Positions 8,712 through 18,068 of a DNA stretch of 64,000 nucleotides are shown here, one piece after another. Position 1 is the first letter of the stretch, and each line of letters begins with the position of its first letter. The notes below the pieces were generated by a model. It ran no database searches. It worked only from the letters and a program-made list of their open reading frames with translations, and was not told the origin of the DNA. The stretch lies in contig OZ252287.1 in NCBI GenBank assembly GCA_965250085.1, forward strand, positions 224,001 to 288,000. Direction: 5' to 3'. The position numbers and the translations under genes were made by a program. This stretch comes from Candidatus Altimarinota bacterium. GTDB taxonomy: Bacteria; Patescibacteriota; Gracilibacteria; CAIRYL01.

Positions 8712-9755
8712 TTCTCGTATTCCCTTTTGGTACTTCTCAAAAATCACTTCCACCTCCTGAGAGTTTGTCACTTGCATGAGCTGAGTTCTGAGATCTTTGG
8801 CTCCATAAAATCCTTTTGCATACCATCCTAAATGCTTTCGCATATTCCAAAAATTTCTATCTCCTAATAATCTCTCAAATGCTTGGCTGTGAACTATAGC
8901 TGCTTCAATGCGTTCCGCTTGATTTGGAATATGACCTGAAAAGAACCATGGATTCCCATACGTTGCTCTTCCCACCAGGACTCCATCCACTCCGTACATC
9001 TGTATTTTATCTTTTGCGTCTTTGAGTGAAGTCACATCACCATTTCCCAAAAATGTGATCCCGCTCTGCTGACACACCTTCGCCGCTTTTTCCAGCACTT
9101 CCCAATGAGCCTCTCCGGAATACATTTGCTTCAGTGTCCTCCCATGTACCGTAATATTTGCAGGACGCTCTTCCAGTAAATGCGCGACCCACTCCTCTGC
9201 TACAATTTCATCATAGCCGATTCGTGTTTTGACGGATACGGGCAAGAGCTTTCGGAGTGGCTCCTGAGGGTTCATTTTGGTGATAGCAGTAATCATTCGT
9301 GGACGAACTTTTGCTTCTTCTAGGGTAATACCATTGGACCAATCAAGAGCTGCTTTTTTACAAATACGAATGAGTTTTTTCGCTTTTTCTGGTGTACGAA
9401 TAAGACCTGCTCCAGAGCCTCTCCTCGCTACCTTATTCGCCGGACATCCCATATTGATATCAATACCATCAAACCCGAGTCGGCAGAGCATAAGGACTGA
9501 TACATAGAAAGATTCCTCTTCTACTCCATAGATTTGACCCACAATGGGTCTTTCTTCTGCACTATATCCAAATGCGTTCAACATTTTTGCCGCGCCACGA
9601 GCCAGCCCTTCTACATTTGTAAATTCAGTAATAATCACACCTGGCTTACTGGTCACTGCCGTGATATATCGAAAGGCAGCATCTGTCACGCCATCCATAG
9701 GAGATAAGCCAATAATAGGGCGCTTTATGGTGTCCCAGAATCCTCGATCTGTCAT
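8703..9755 (-). CDS. tRNA-dihydrouridine synthase (Dus family)
   Basis: LSPMDGVTD, GIDINMGCP, SGAGLIR, PVSVKTRIG, TVHGRT, GNGDV, GVLVGRATYGNPW, MRKHLGWY. Confidence 0.95.
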   Translation of the reverse strand: MTDRGFWDTIKRPIIGLSPMDGVTDAAFRYITAVTSKPGVIITEFTNVEGLARGAAKMLNAFGYSAEERPIVGQIYGVEEESFYVSVLMLCRLGFDGIDINMGCPANKVARRGSGAGLIRTPEKAKKLIRICKKAALDWSNGITLEEAKVRPRMITAITKMNPQEPLRKLLPVSVKTRIGYDEIVAEEWVAHLLEERPANITVHGRTLKQMYSGEAHWEVLEKAAKVCQQSGITFLGNGDVTSLKDAKDKIQMYGVDGVLVGRATYGNPWFFSGHIPNQAERIEAAIVHSQAFERLLGDRNFWNMRKHLGWYAKGFYGAKDLRTQLMQVTNSQEVEVIFEKYQKGIRESG

Positions 9756-9890
9756 GCACACATCTTATATTATTTCATGAAAAAACATGAATCATAAAAG
9801 AGAAAGAATTCTTTTTCTCTTCCTGCCCTTGGTTCTTTTCTCACAACTGGCTCTTGATTTCTTGATCTCGCCTATCTCTTTCTTTTTATA

Positions 9891-10379
9891 TTAATCATCC
9901 TGAGCTTTGTGGAGTAAAGCAATATTGTACGCCGCCAATAAAAGAACTAACAAAAGAGGAATCCAAAAATAACTATCCCTTATTGGGGCAAAGGAGTTTG
10001 ATACTTTTTTTACCTTTCTGGCCGTAACTGATGCCAGCAGAGAATCACGAGTCACCACATCTCCGTTTTCTTCAAAGAGAGAAAATTCATCCGGATCTCC
10101 ATCCAAATTCTTATCAATAGCCTCCATTTCCAGTTCCAAATTTTCATCATATCGTCTCCATTTTTCATATATTTTATCTTCATTCGTGTCATGAATGGTC
10201 AAAATGAGCTTGCCATCCCTATAATAGGCTCTCTGATCGTTCGCACCGTCTTCATTGGTATCGGTCTCTATCATAACGTCATAATCCACTTCAATATCTT
10301 TGGCGACCTCAATCAACTTCGCCGAAGCAAACGCTGGAAAAAGAAAAAATACCAGAGCGGACAGAAACACTTTTTTCAT
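9891..10379 (-). CDS. Secreted or membrane-anchored protein with DxNxDG calcium-binding-like repeats
   Basis: Signal peptide (…AFASA), DTNEDG, DTNEDK and DKNLDG motifs, and a C-terminal TM helix. Confidence 0.7.
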   Translation of the reverse strand: MKKVFLSALVFFLFPAFASAKLIEVAKDIEVDYDVMIETDTNEDGANDQRAYYRDGKLILTIHDTNEDKIYEKWRRYDENLELEMEAIDKNLDGDPDEFSLFEENGDVVTRDSLLASVTARKVKKVSNSFAPIRDSYFWIPLLLVLLLAAYNIALLHKAQDD

Positions 10380-10453
10380 AGGGAAAGGGGGAAATGCGAA
10401 TGGATTATAAACTGCATTTTTTTATATTGCAATATTGTGTTAAAAAACAAATA

Positions 10454-10487
10454 CCCTCTCCCTTTTGAAGGGGGAGTTGGAGGGGGT
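10454..10487. repeat. Intergenic purine/pyrimidine palindromic repeat
   Basis: CCCTCTCCCTTTTGAAGGGGGAGTTGGAGGGGGT, similar in style to the outer element inside aroA. Confidence 0.55.
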
Positions 10488-10514
10488 TTTAAATCTTGGT
10501 ACAATAGAGCACAA

Positions 10515-10775
10515 GTGAAAAAACGAAAAACTCTTCTGGTCACTTGTGCGTGTGGGCAAAAGCTCGCCAAATACGCAAAAGGCGGCAAGGGACGTCTTGT
10601 GAAAATGTTTTTGGAGCGAATTAAAGAAGATCAGCAGCAGCTTTTTCTCACTTCGCCTCCTCAAAAACTCCATGAAAATATTGTGTGTCCTTCATGTCAC
10701 AAACGGGTCGCTACTATTCAAATTATAAATGGGAGATATGCTGCAAAGCTTAATCAAGGGGCCATTAGTTCTTAG
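10515..10775 (+). CDS. Small putative zinc-binding protein
   Basis: From GTG 10515: CACGQKLAKYAKGGKGRLVKMFLERI...CPSCHK; extended -10 element TGGTACAAT just upstream. Confidence 0.7.
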   Translation: MKKRKTLLVTCACGQKLAKYAKGGKGRLVKMFLERIKEDQQQLFLTSPPQKLHENIVCPSCHKRVATIQIINGRYAAKLNQGAISS

Positions 10776-10786
10776 AAATAATAAGA

Positions 10787-10820
10787 AAAAAGCCTTCTGG
10801 GAAGTCCCGGAAGGCTTTTT
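10787..10820. terminator. Bidirectional intrinsic terminator
   Basis: AAAAAGCCTTCTGGGA-AG-TCCCGGAAGGCTTTTT between convergent genes. Confidence 0.85.
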
Positions 10821-10843
10821 AAGAAACAAAGGAAACGAAAAGT

Positions 10844-11041
10844 TTATGCCTTTGCAACCTTTGCGGCTTTCATACCGCCTCGATCTGAAGGAGCTTCTTC
10901 AAAAGTGACGGCGTCACCTTCGCTGAGCTCATTAAACATGATTCCTTCCAAGTCAGAGACGTGGAAGAAGAGATCCTTGCTCCCATCTTCAGGAGTAATG
11001 AATCCGAATCCGTTTTTCAGAACCTTAATGGTTCCATTCAT
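10844..11041 (-). CDS. Cold-shock domain protein
   Basis: MNGTIKVLKNGFGFITPEDGSKDLFFHVSDL (RNP1 and RNP2 motifs); start ATG 11041. Confidence 0.95.
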   Translation of the reverse strand: MNGTIKVLKNGFGFITPEDGSKDLFFHVSDLEGIMFNELSEGDAVTFEEAPSDRGGMKAAKVAKA

Positions 11042-11273
11042 ATGGAAAAAAATAAAAAAATAGAAATCTGCAATAAGTTTCGACTGTGCAGAAATAAAAT
11101 ATTCTTGTATTTTCTCCAGCAAGTAAACCTTTGCGGCGGGGATGATAGCAGAAACAAAGAGAAAGGCAATACTTTTTTCACTTTTTCTTTAAGAAACCAA
11201 GTAAGAGGCTTTTTGACAAAAAAGAGGTATATCTTTACCATGCTCCGTGATTTTATCACTTATCTCCTTTTTT

Positions 11274-11696
11274 ATGACATTTGCAAAGCTCAGACGAAGT
11301 AAAAACTTTCGTCTCATTCTTATCTTGGCACTCCTCATTATTGTGGGAATCCTTTGGTTTACTTGGGAAAAATTTCGCCTCATACTCGCCGGATTGTTCC
11401 TCACTCTTCTGATCGCATTGGGGATGGAAGTCTCTGGAAATGACTGGGATATTGGCAAGCTCATTGAAACCGGATCACTCGATGAATCCAAGGTCCAACA
11501 AACCGAAAATGGCACATGGCTTATTGGAGATGAGTGTGATGAAAACAATTTGAACTGTGGCAATTTTAAGTACCAGGAAGAAGCACAGACACTCTTTGAA
11601 GGCTGTGGAGGCATGGAAAATGATGTGCATAGACTCGATGGAGATGGTAACGGAGTTGTATGTGAGGCACTCCCCTCTCGTGCGAACGCCAGCTAG
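11274..11696 (+). CDS. Membrane protein with C-terminal Excalibur calcium-binding domain
   Basis: Two TM helices followed by NCGNFKYQEEAQ...DVHRLDGDGNGVVCEALP. Confidence 0.85.
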   Translation: MTFAKLRRSKNFRLILILALLIIVGILWFTWEKFRLILAGLFLTLLIALGMEVSGNDWDIGKLIETGSLDESKVQQTENGTWLIGDECDENNLNCGNFKYQEEAQTLFEGCGGMENDVHRLDGDGNGVVCEALPSRANAS

Positions 11697-11722
11697 ATAT
11701 TTCCTCTTTATAAAGAAATTTT

Positions 11723-11755
11723 AAAAAGCAGGTGATGAAAAATCCCCTGCTTTTT
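11723..11755. terminator. Intrinsic terminator
   Basis: AAAAAGCAGG...CCTGCTTTTT downstream of the Excalibur gene. Confidence 0.65.
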
Positions 11756-11763
11756 GGTGTGCT

Positions 11764-12024
11764 ATGAAGGCTCTGGCGGTGTTTGGCTTCGCGGAAATGC
11801 TGAAGAATGAAGGAGCGAGGAAGATGAAGAGTATTTTTAAGAAGCGGTTTACGGGCAAGACTTTTTCTCGGCAGTTTGAAAAGATCGAGAGTTTTGATCT
11901 TCCGATTTCAGTTGAGTTTGAGCCGTTTGTGAAAATTGAGAAGGATTTGAAAGAGATAAAACCGCTTCGATTAGAGAATTTTAAGGATTTTTTAATTTCT
12001 GATGTCGTTAAAAATGGAGTATGA
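11764..12024 (+). CDS. Short ORF, possibly a remnant of a minimal nucleotidyltransferase
   Basis: The C-terminus (IKPLRLENFKDFLISDVVKNGV) resembles MNT C-termini, but no catalytic motif is visible. Confidence 0.3.
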   Translation: MKALAVFGFAEMLKNEGARKMKSIFKKRFTGKTFSRQFEKIESFDLPISVEFEPFVKIEKDLKEIKPLRLENFKDFLISDVVKNGV

Positions 12025-12047
12025 TTTTGACAACTTTTAAAGTTACA

Positions 12048-15000
12048 ATGAAAAAATGTTTTGAAAAATTTGTTCAAGAATTAAGAAAACTTTCCGATGG
12101 TGATCGGGAAGAAAGTTTCTATCCTGCTCTCAAGAGTTTTCTTGAAGAATTTGCCAGCAGTCTTCCTGCAACAAAAAATTTTGCAGTTGAGGCAATTCAA
12201 AATCCATCAAAAAGAAGGTTATTCGAAGCTGGAATTGATGGAGATGTCGGGTTTCCTGATTTTCAAGTCGAAAAAAAGGGAGAAATTACAATTGGACAAA
12301 TAGAGGTAAAGAAACCAAACAAACACTTGGACGATAAAGAGTTTCAGGAGCAATTTAATCGCTATAAAACTGAACTTGATAACATTATTTTTACAAATTT
12401 TAAAAAATGGGAATTGTGGCAGAATATTGATGGCAAGATGCGAAATATCGCTAATGCTGACTTTGATTTTTATGAAAAGTCCTTTGATACTGACGCATTA
12501 CAAGATTTGTTAGAAAAATTCTTTCTTGAAGAAATCCGCTATGCCAAAAACACAAAAGAACTCTCTGTTTTGCTAGCACGAAAAACAAAGACATTGCGAA
12601 AAACTGTACAAGTTTCATTGAAAAATGATAATGCTCCTTCCGAACTGATAGAAACCTTTCAGACTGTAAAAACAAATCTTGTGAGGAAGATTTCAATTGA
12701 AGATTTTGCTGATGTATATGCCCAAACTATTGCATACGCTCTCTTTTTTGCAAAAATTGAAAGTGAAAAAGAAAACAAAGGAAAGATTACTCGCTTTAAT
12801 GCACTTGAATTCTTGCCAACGGAAAGTGTTCCCCTCTTATCAAAACTCTATTCAATTATTGCGATCAATCAAAAAAAGGAAAGTGAAATTGAGATTGTGA
12901 CACAAATATTAGTGGAACAACTGAATCAGGCAAATTTTGAAATGATAAATGCTCAGCTCGAAAAGGAAAAAGGAGATCCTGTGATTTATTTTTATGAACC
13001 GTTTTTGAATGAATATGATAAGGAAACAAAAAAGGATCGCGGAGTTTTTTATACACCAAAAGAAATTACTGATTTTATTATCCGAGGTACAGATGAGATT
13101 TTACGAAAACACTTTGACTGTGAGGAATTGGGGATTGCTGATTCAAAAGTAAAACTCCTTGATCCCGCCACAGGATCAGCAACATTTCTGGTAAGTGCTA
13201 TTGAAAAAGCACATGATAATGTTTTTAAAAAGTTCGGAAAGAATCAAGAAAGTTTGGCGAAGGAAAGTTTTTTAAAAAATCTGGAAAATCATATTCTCGA
13301 AAATTTCTTTGGTTTTGAGTTGATGATGGCTCCATATGCCGTTGCTCACCTAAAATTACATCTTCTGCTCAAAAGGCTTGGTATCAAAAACGAAGCGAAA
13401 AAGCATTTTCAGGTACTCCTTGCAAATACTCTGGAAAAACCGAGCATGCCGCAACAGCAGATCGACGCCTTTGAGGATGAAATTACCAAAGAGTCCAGAA
13501 GAGCAAAGGAAGTAAAATCAAAAGAAGAAATTATTGCAATTATTGGCAATCCTCCATATAAAGGTGAATCTGAGAATAAGGGGGAAGGGTTTGAATGGAT
13601 TGCGGATCAATTAAAAGTCTATAAGGATTTTTCAAAGACGGATGGGGAAAATATTCACAGAGAACAAAATCCGAAGCTATTGAATGACGATTATGTGAAG
13701 TTTTTTCGATTTTCGCAGTGGAAAATTGCAAAAGAAAAACAAGGAATGGTGGCGATGATTACTAATCACGGATATTTAGATAATTCAACTTTTAGAGCAA
13801 TGAGAAAAAGTTTGATGGATGATTTTGACGAAATTTATATTTTAGATTTACATGGGAATTTATTAAAGAAAGAAAAAACACCTGATGGAGGGAAAGATGA
13901 AAGTGTTTTTACAATTCGCCTAGGAGCAGCAATTTGTTTTTTAATCAAGAAAAGAAATAAGAACACCCAACAAAAGAAAGTTTTTCATGCTGATATGTAT
14001 GGACTAAGAAAAGAAAAATTAGAAAAATTGAAAAAATTAGATTTTGAAAAAATAGAGTGGAAAGAAATATTTCCCAAGCCTCCAGAGTTTTTCCTTTTAC
14101 CAAAAAAAGAAAAAACAAAGGAGTGGAAGGGTGCCATAACCTTATTAGATATTTTCCCTCTTAATTTAAATGGTATAAAAACTTCTCGTGATAGCTTTGT
14201 AATTGATTTTGAAACTGAAACCCTATCAGAAAAAATTCAGATATTTTATGATGAAACGCTTAGTAGTTCCGAAATTGCTAGAAAATTTAATATAAAAACT
14301 GAATTTATCACTAAAGTTAAGAAAAAAAATAATAAGTTCTCCCAAAAAAAGTTACAAACCATTCATTATCGTCCATTTGATTTACGAGTAATATATTTTG
14401 ATAAAGACTTAATTGATAGACCGCGTACAAAGGTAATGCAACATCTTGTGGAAAGAAATAATATTGGTCTTTCTTTTGGTCGTGCTGGTGCCGTTGTTGG
14501 AGGAAAAGAATGGAATTTAGTCTTTTGTTCAAAGAAAATCGTTGATTTGAATCTTTTTTATCGAGGAGGAAACAACTTTGCCCCGCTCTTTCTTTATCTT
14601 GAAAAAAACAAAATTCCCAATTTTTCCAAGTCATTCATTTCTCAGCTTGAAAACATACTTCAAATTTCCTTCTCTGACCCAAACCTCCAAGACTGGATAC
14701 TCCACGAAAACGAACGCTTACCAGAAAATTCTAAAATTCAAATTGGAAAGCTAAAATCAAACAAATCATTTACAGCAGAAGATATTTTTGACTATATCTA
14801 TGCCCAGCTCCACGCTCCCAAATACCGCCAACATTTCGCCGAAGAACTCAAATCAGACTTTCCACGAGTAGTTCTGCCAAAAAACAGCACACAATTTTTT
14901 CAAATGACAGAACTCGGAAAAGAACTGAGGCTTTTTCATACACTTGAACATCCGAATCTCTCCACACCCTCCAATTGGAATTTTGGCACTCAGGAAATCA

Positions 15001-15278
15001 AAGGAGAAACAATTGAAGCAGTAGAATACGATGAAACAACTAAAGAAATCAAAGTCAACGATCAAACTGCTTTTACCAATATTTCCAAAGAAATATGGAA
15101 TTTTCAAATCGGCGGCTATCAAGTTTTAAAAAAATATCTCAAAGAACGCACCGGAACAAAAAAGAAAAAAGGAATGTCTCTTGAAAAATTTGATACACTG
15201 CACTTTCTTAAAATTTGTGCCGTTCTTTCTGAAACTTTACGATTACAAAAAGAAATTGATATAATTTTTAAATTCTAA
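12048..15278 (+). CDS. Single-polypeptide restriction-modification enzyme (PD-(D/E)xK nuclease, N6-adenine MTase and type ISP-like C-terminal specificity domain)
   Basis: GFPDF...GQIEVKKP, FADVYAQTIAYALF, YFYEPFLNEYD...RGVFYTP, LLDPATGSATF, IIGNPPY, YRPFD, YIYAQLHAPKYR...DFPRV, WNFQIGGYQVLKKYLKER; no helicase motifs seen. Confidence 0.9.
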   Translation: MKKCFEKFVQELRKLSDGDREESFYPALKSFLEEFASSLPATKNFAVEAIQNPSKRRLFEAGIDGDVGFPDFQVEKKGEITIGQIEVKKPNKHLDDKEFQEQFNRYKTELDNIIFTNFKKWELWQNIDGKMRNIANADFDFYEKSFDTDALQDLLEKFFLEEIRYAKNTKELSVLLARKTKTLRKTVQVSLKNDNAPSELIETFQTVKTNLVRKISIEDFADVYAQTIAYALFFAKIESEKENKGKITRFNALEFLPTESVPLLSKLYSIIAINQKKESEIEIVTQILVEQLNQANFEMINAQLEKEKGDPVIYFYEPFLNEYDKETKKDRGVFYTPKEITDFIIRGTDEILRKHFDCEELGIADSKVKLLDPATGSATFLVSAIEKAHDNVFKKFGKNQESLAKESFLKNLENHILENFFGFELMMAPYAVAHLKLHLLLKRLGIKNEAKKHFQVLLANTLEKPSMPQQQIDAFEDEITKESRRAKEVKSKEEIIAIIGNPPYKGESENKGEGFEWIADQLKVYKDFSKTDGENIHREQNPKLLNDDYVKFFRFSQWKIAKEKQGMVAMITNHGYLDNSTFRAMRKSLMDDFDEIYILDLHGNLLKKEKTPDGGKDESVFTIRLGAAICFLIKKRNKNTQQKKVFHADMYGLRKEKLEKLKKLDFEKIEWKEIFPKPPEFFLLPKKEKTKEWKGAITLLDIFPLNLNGIKTSRDSFVIDFETETLSEKIQIFYDETLSSSEIARKFNIKTEFITKVKKKNNKFSQKKLQTIHYRPFDLRVIYFDKDLIDRPRTKVMQHLVERNNIGLSFGRAGAVVGGKEWNLVFCSKKIVDLNLFYRGGNNFAPLFLYLEKNKIPNFSKSFISQLENILQISFSDPNLQDWILHENERLPENSKIQIGKLKSNKSFTAEDIFDYIYAQLHAPKYRQHFAEELKSDFPRVVLPKNSTQFFQMTELGKELRLFHTLEHPNLSTPSNWNFGTQEIKGETIEAVEYDETTKEIKVNDQTAFTNISKEIWNFQIGGYQVLKKYLKERTGTKKKKGMSLEKFDTLHFLKICAVLSETLRLQKEIDIIFKF

Positions 15279-15280
15279 AA

Positions 15281-15540
15281 ATGCCAAAATTCAACCCCAA
15301 AAACCCATTTAACGACTTGCCCTTACTCCCTCCAAACTTCAACTTCAACGAAGTCGACATCCTCAAAACCTGCAATACCGCCAATATTGCCCTTGCCGAA
15401 CTCAAAGGACAAAACCTCGTCATCCCTCTGATTCCTCAATACTCATGCATCCCCTGCTCATCAGTAAGTCAGTAGAAAGCTCTGAAATAGAAAATATCCA
15501 TACGATCATAAAAAGAGTGTTCCAACTGGCGCGCGTTTTC
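15281..15540 (+). pseudogene. Fic/DOC family N-terminal remnant, frameshifted and truncated
   Basis: PFNDLPLLPP...ANIALAELKG, continuing in another frame as SILMHPLLISKSVESSEIENIHT; no HPFxDGNGR core follows. Confidence 0.8.
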
Positions 15541-15612
15541 AACGCGTGCCTTCTTCCCCCCTTCCCAAACCCCAAAAAATAAGTACAATATCCCGGTCAT
15601 TTTTGAAACCGT

Positions 15613-16515
15613 ATGAAAGTCTGGGTTTTGACTCGCCGGAGCAATTTTGAGAAGTATTCCAACCAGCGATTTTTGGAGGAAGGAAAAAAAATGAAAATGA
15701 ACGTAGAGCTCATGTGTCCGCAAGAATTTGAGCTCATCGTCACCAAAGAAGGAAAAAAGAGTATCCTCCATCAAGGGAAAGTAGAATCTATGCCAGATGT
15801 GCTTATTCCTCGTATGGGCGCGAGTACTACCTATTTTGCCCTCGCCGTCATCCGGCATTTAGAAAAACTGGGAGTCTATGTGCTCAATACCAGTGAATCT
15901 ATTGAAAAGGCAAAGGACAAACTCGCCAGTCTGCAGATCTTGGCCACGGAAAATCTTCCTTTTCCCAAAACCATGCTTGCCAAACTACCACTCAATAGCG
16001 AAATGGTCGAAAAAGAATTTGGCTTTCCCGTCGTGCTCAAAACTATTTCCGGCATGCAGGGCAAAGGAGTCATGCTGTGTGAAAATAAAGAAAACCTTGA
16101 AGACATTATCAACCTCCTTGGAAAGTCGCGAAACGGAAACCTGAACCTTATTTTTCAGGAATATATTGCTGCCAGTCGCGGAAAAGACCTTCGCGTGTTT
16201 GTGGTGGGAGGCAAAGCCTTAGGTGCTATGCAGCGCACTGCCCCTGAAGGGAAGTTCAAAACTAATTTTTCCGCTGGAGGAAGCGTAGAATCATTTACAC
16301 TGCTTCCAGAAGTGGAATGGCTTGCCATTGAATCCGCCAAACTTTTGAATCTGGAAATTGCCGGTGTGGATATCCTGTTTGATGAAAGCGGTTACAAAGT
16401 GTGTGAAATCAACTCTTCTCCTGGTTTTGAAGGTTTTGAATACGCGACAAAAATCAACATCCCCGAAGAAATCTACCACTTCCTGCAAGTGAGACTTCAA
16501 GGAGAGATGAGCTAA
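15613..16515 (+). CDS. rimK: RimK-family ATP-grasp alpha-L-glutamate ligase
   Basis: PDVLIPRMGAS, AKDKL, FPVVLKT..GMQGKGV, QEYI...GKDLRVFVVGG, FKTNFSAGG, AGVDIL, CEINSSPGFEG. Confidence 0.92.
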   Translation: MKVWVLTRRSNFEKYSNQRFLEEGKKMKMNVELMCPQEFELIVTKEGKKSILHQGKVESMPDVLIPRMGASTTYFALAVIRHLEKLGVYVLNTSESIEKAKDKLASLQILATENLPFPKTMLAKLPLNSEMVEKEFGFPVVLKTISGMQGKGVMLCENKENLEDIINLLGKSRNGNLNLIFQEYIAASRGKDLRVFVVGGKALGAMQRTAPEGKFKTNFSAGGSVESFTLLPEVEWLAIESAKLLNLEIAGVDILFDESGYKVCEINSSPGFEGFEYATKINIPEEIYHFLQVRLQGEMS

Positions 16516-16541
16516 AATGAGATAGCATATAGAGAAGAAGC

Positions 16542-16739
16542 CTAAATGGTTTCAGCTTCAGTTTCAAATCGTTCTCTGTTTTCAACCATCCATTTCTTTT
16601 TGTCTTCTTCCCCTTTGCTCGGATCATTCATTACATCAGCATGGGCCTGCATATAATGGGGCATAAGTGCCTGCATCCACTCTTCGAATGTTTCGGCTTC
16701 AGCCACATGATCGCAAAGATCGCATTTGAGAGACCTCAT
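16542..16739 (-). CDS. Small putative metal-binding protein (DUF1059-like)
   Basis: CDLCD...AETFEEW...HYMQAH pattern. Confidence 0.7.
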   Translation of the reverse strand: MRSLKCDLCDHVAEAETFEEWMQALMPHYMQAHADVMNDPSKGEEDKKKWMVENRERFETEAETI

Positions 16740-16886
16740 AAAGTGTATATATAAAAGATGAGGTCAGTGTAACACATGCAAAAAAATTCCCAATTCGTGA
16801 GATGCTCAAAGTGGCTTTTTAGACAAAAAGAACACCTTCTCCATAAGCAATTGTGGCGTCTTGGTCGTGTGCGATGAACTGCCTCT

Positions 16887-17186
16887 CTAGTTGCACCATA
16901 CTCTTCCGCCAGATCCCGGGTCGTCAACTCTGCGATCCTTGGAAGCAATACCCCTCCTTATTCTCTTAGGAGAAGCCATTGATTCAGGGATGGGAATATA
17001 TGGGTACCTAAATTTAACTCGTGTTCTGGGCTGTTCCCCCTTCCTTGGATCGTGAGATCCTAATATTCCTGAGGTATTCCTGCTAACCTCGTTTCTCACT
17101 GGTTCTATTTCAGAGGAATCAGATGTCACCACCTCTTTCTGTTCTGTCGGTTCTGTACGAGGAGAAACTCGGTTTGGATTTTTCAT
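16887..17186 (-). CDS. Hypothetical low-complexity protein
   Basis: 99-aa ORF with ATG start and a pyrimidine-rich leader; no motif. Confidence 0.4.
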   Translation of the reverse strand: MKNPNRVSPRTEPTEQKEVVTSDSSEIEPVRNEVSRNTSGILGSHDPRKGEQPRTRVKFRYPYIPIPESMASPKRIRRGIASKDRRVDDPGSGGRVWCN

Positions 17187-17190
17187 ATAG

Positions 17191-17460
17191 AATAAAAAAG
17201 AAGAAAAAGATCCGAATACAACTGCTCATATGGAAATTGCTATGGTTTTACCTGAATACAGAGGAAATAATCTTCAGAGTTTTTTTATTCGGGAACGTTT
17301 AGAAATGGCAAGAAAAAAAGGGATGAAACATGTCGCTTCAACCGTTTCTGTAGAGAACATTCATAGTCTTGTAAACTTAAAAGATGAAGGTTTTTCTATC
17401 AAAAAAACGACGGAGAAATATGGAGGACGAATGAGACATCTTCTCTTAAAAAATTTATAA
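17191..17460 (+). pseudogene. C-terminal fragment of a GNAT acetyltransferase
   Basis: VLPEYRGNNLQ (motif A) and TVSVENIHSLVNLKDEGF (motif B); N-terminal half missing, with an in-frame stop just upstream. Confidence 0.65.
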
Positions 17461-17587
17461 AATTCCGCAAATCAGTATTAGAAAAATTCTTTCTTGTGCC
17501 CTTATCAAATGTAAAAAGTTGCCTCTTATACTCCATTACTCCCTGCCTACGGTGCTCATTTGTACGAAGATCAACTTGAGAAATATT

Positions 17588-17752
17588 TTACTTGCAAAGT
17601 ACTTCGAGTTGTCCAGTGCCAGCACAGGGTTTGCATCTCTCTTTTTTTTCACTGCTTTTTTCAAAACAAATAGGGCAGATAACAAAAAAATCACGTGGTG
17701 GATGTGAGTTTGCTTCGAGTGTCTCGATGCGTTTAAGAATTGATTTTATCAT
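17588..17752 (-). CDS. Small CxxC...CxxCxGxG zinc-finger protein
   Basis: CPIC...CKPCAGTG; likely start ATG 17752. Confidence 0.5.
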   Translation of the reverse strand: MIKSILKRIETLEANSHPPRDFFVICPICFEKSSEKKERCKPCAGTGQLEVLCK

Positions 17753-18068
17753 AGGGATACGACTGAGTGACCTCAAGTGTATCACATAAATCGTACGACC
17801 CCCTAGACTGGATGCCCCTCCCCGAGAGGTTCTTCCTTGTTCGTTCATTTTTTTGAAAACTTTGTTTTCTCAAAAGAATTCACTCGTCGTTATCAAATCA
17901 TGGTTCTCTGTCCAGCCAAAATAAAGGGATCAAAAATAACCCCGTCACTTCGTGATGAGAACACTTTCGATTGGCTCGGCGTAAGGTTGGAGGTTTTAAA
18001 GATTTAAAGAAATAAAACAGAACAATTCATCATTCTTGATTTTGTTCGTATTTAGTACAGATGCGGTT

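Noticed and set aside
10191-10514. N-terminal extension of the 194-aa ORF 10191-10775
   Set aside because: It overlaps the opposite-strand gene and reads through a palindromic repeat; promoter position supports the GTG at 10515.
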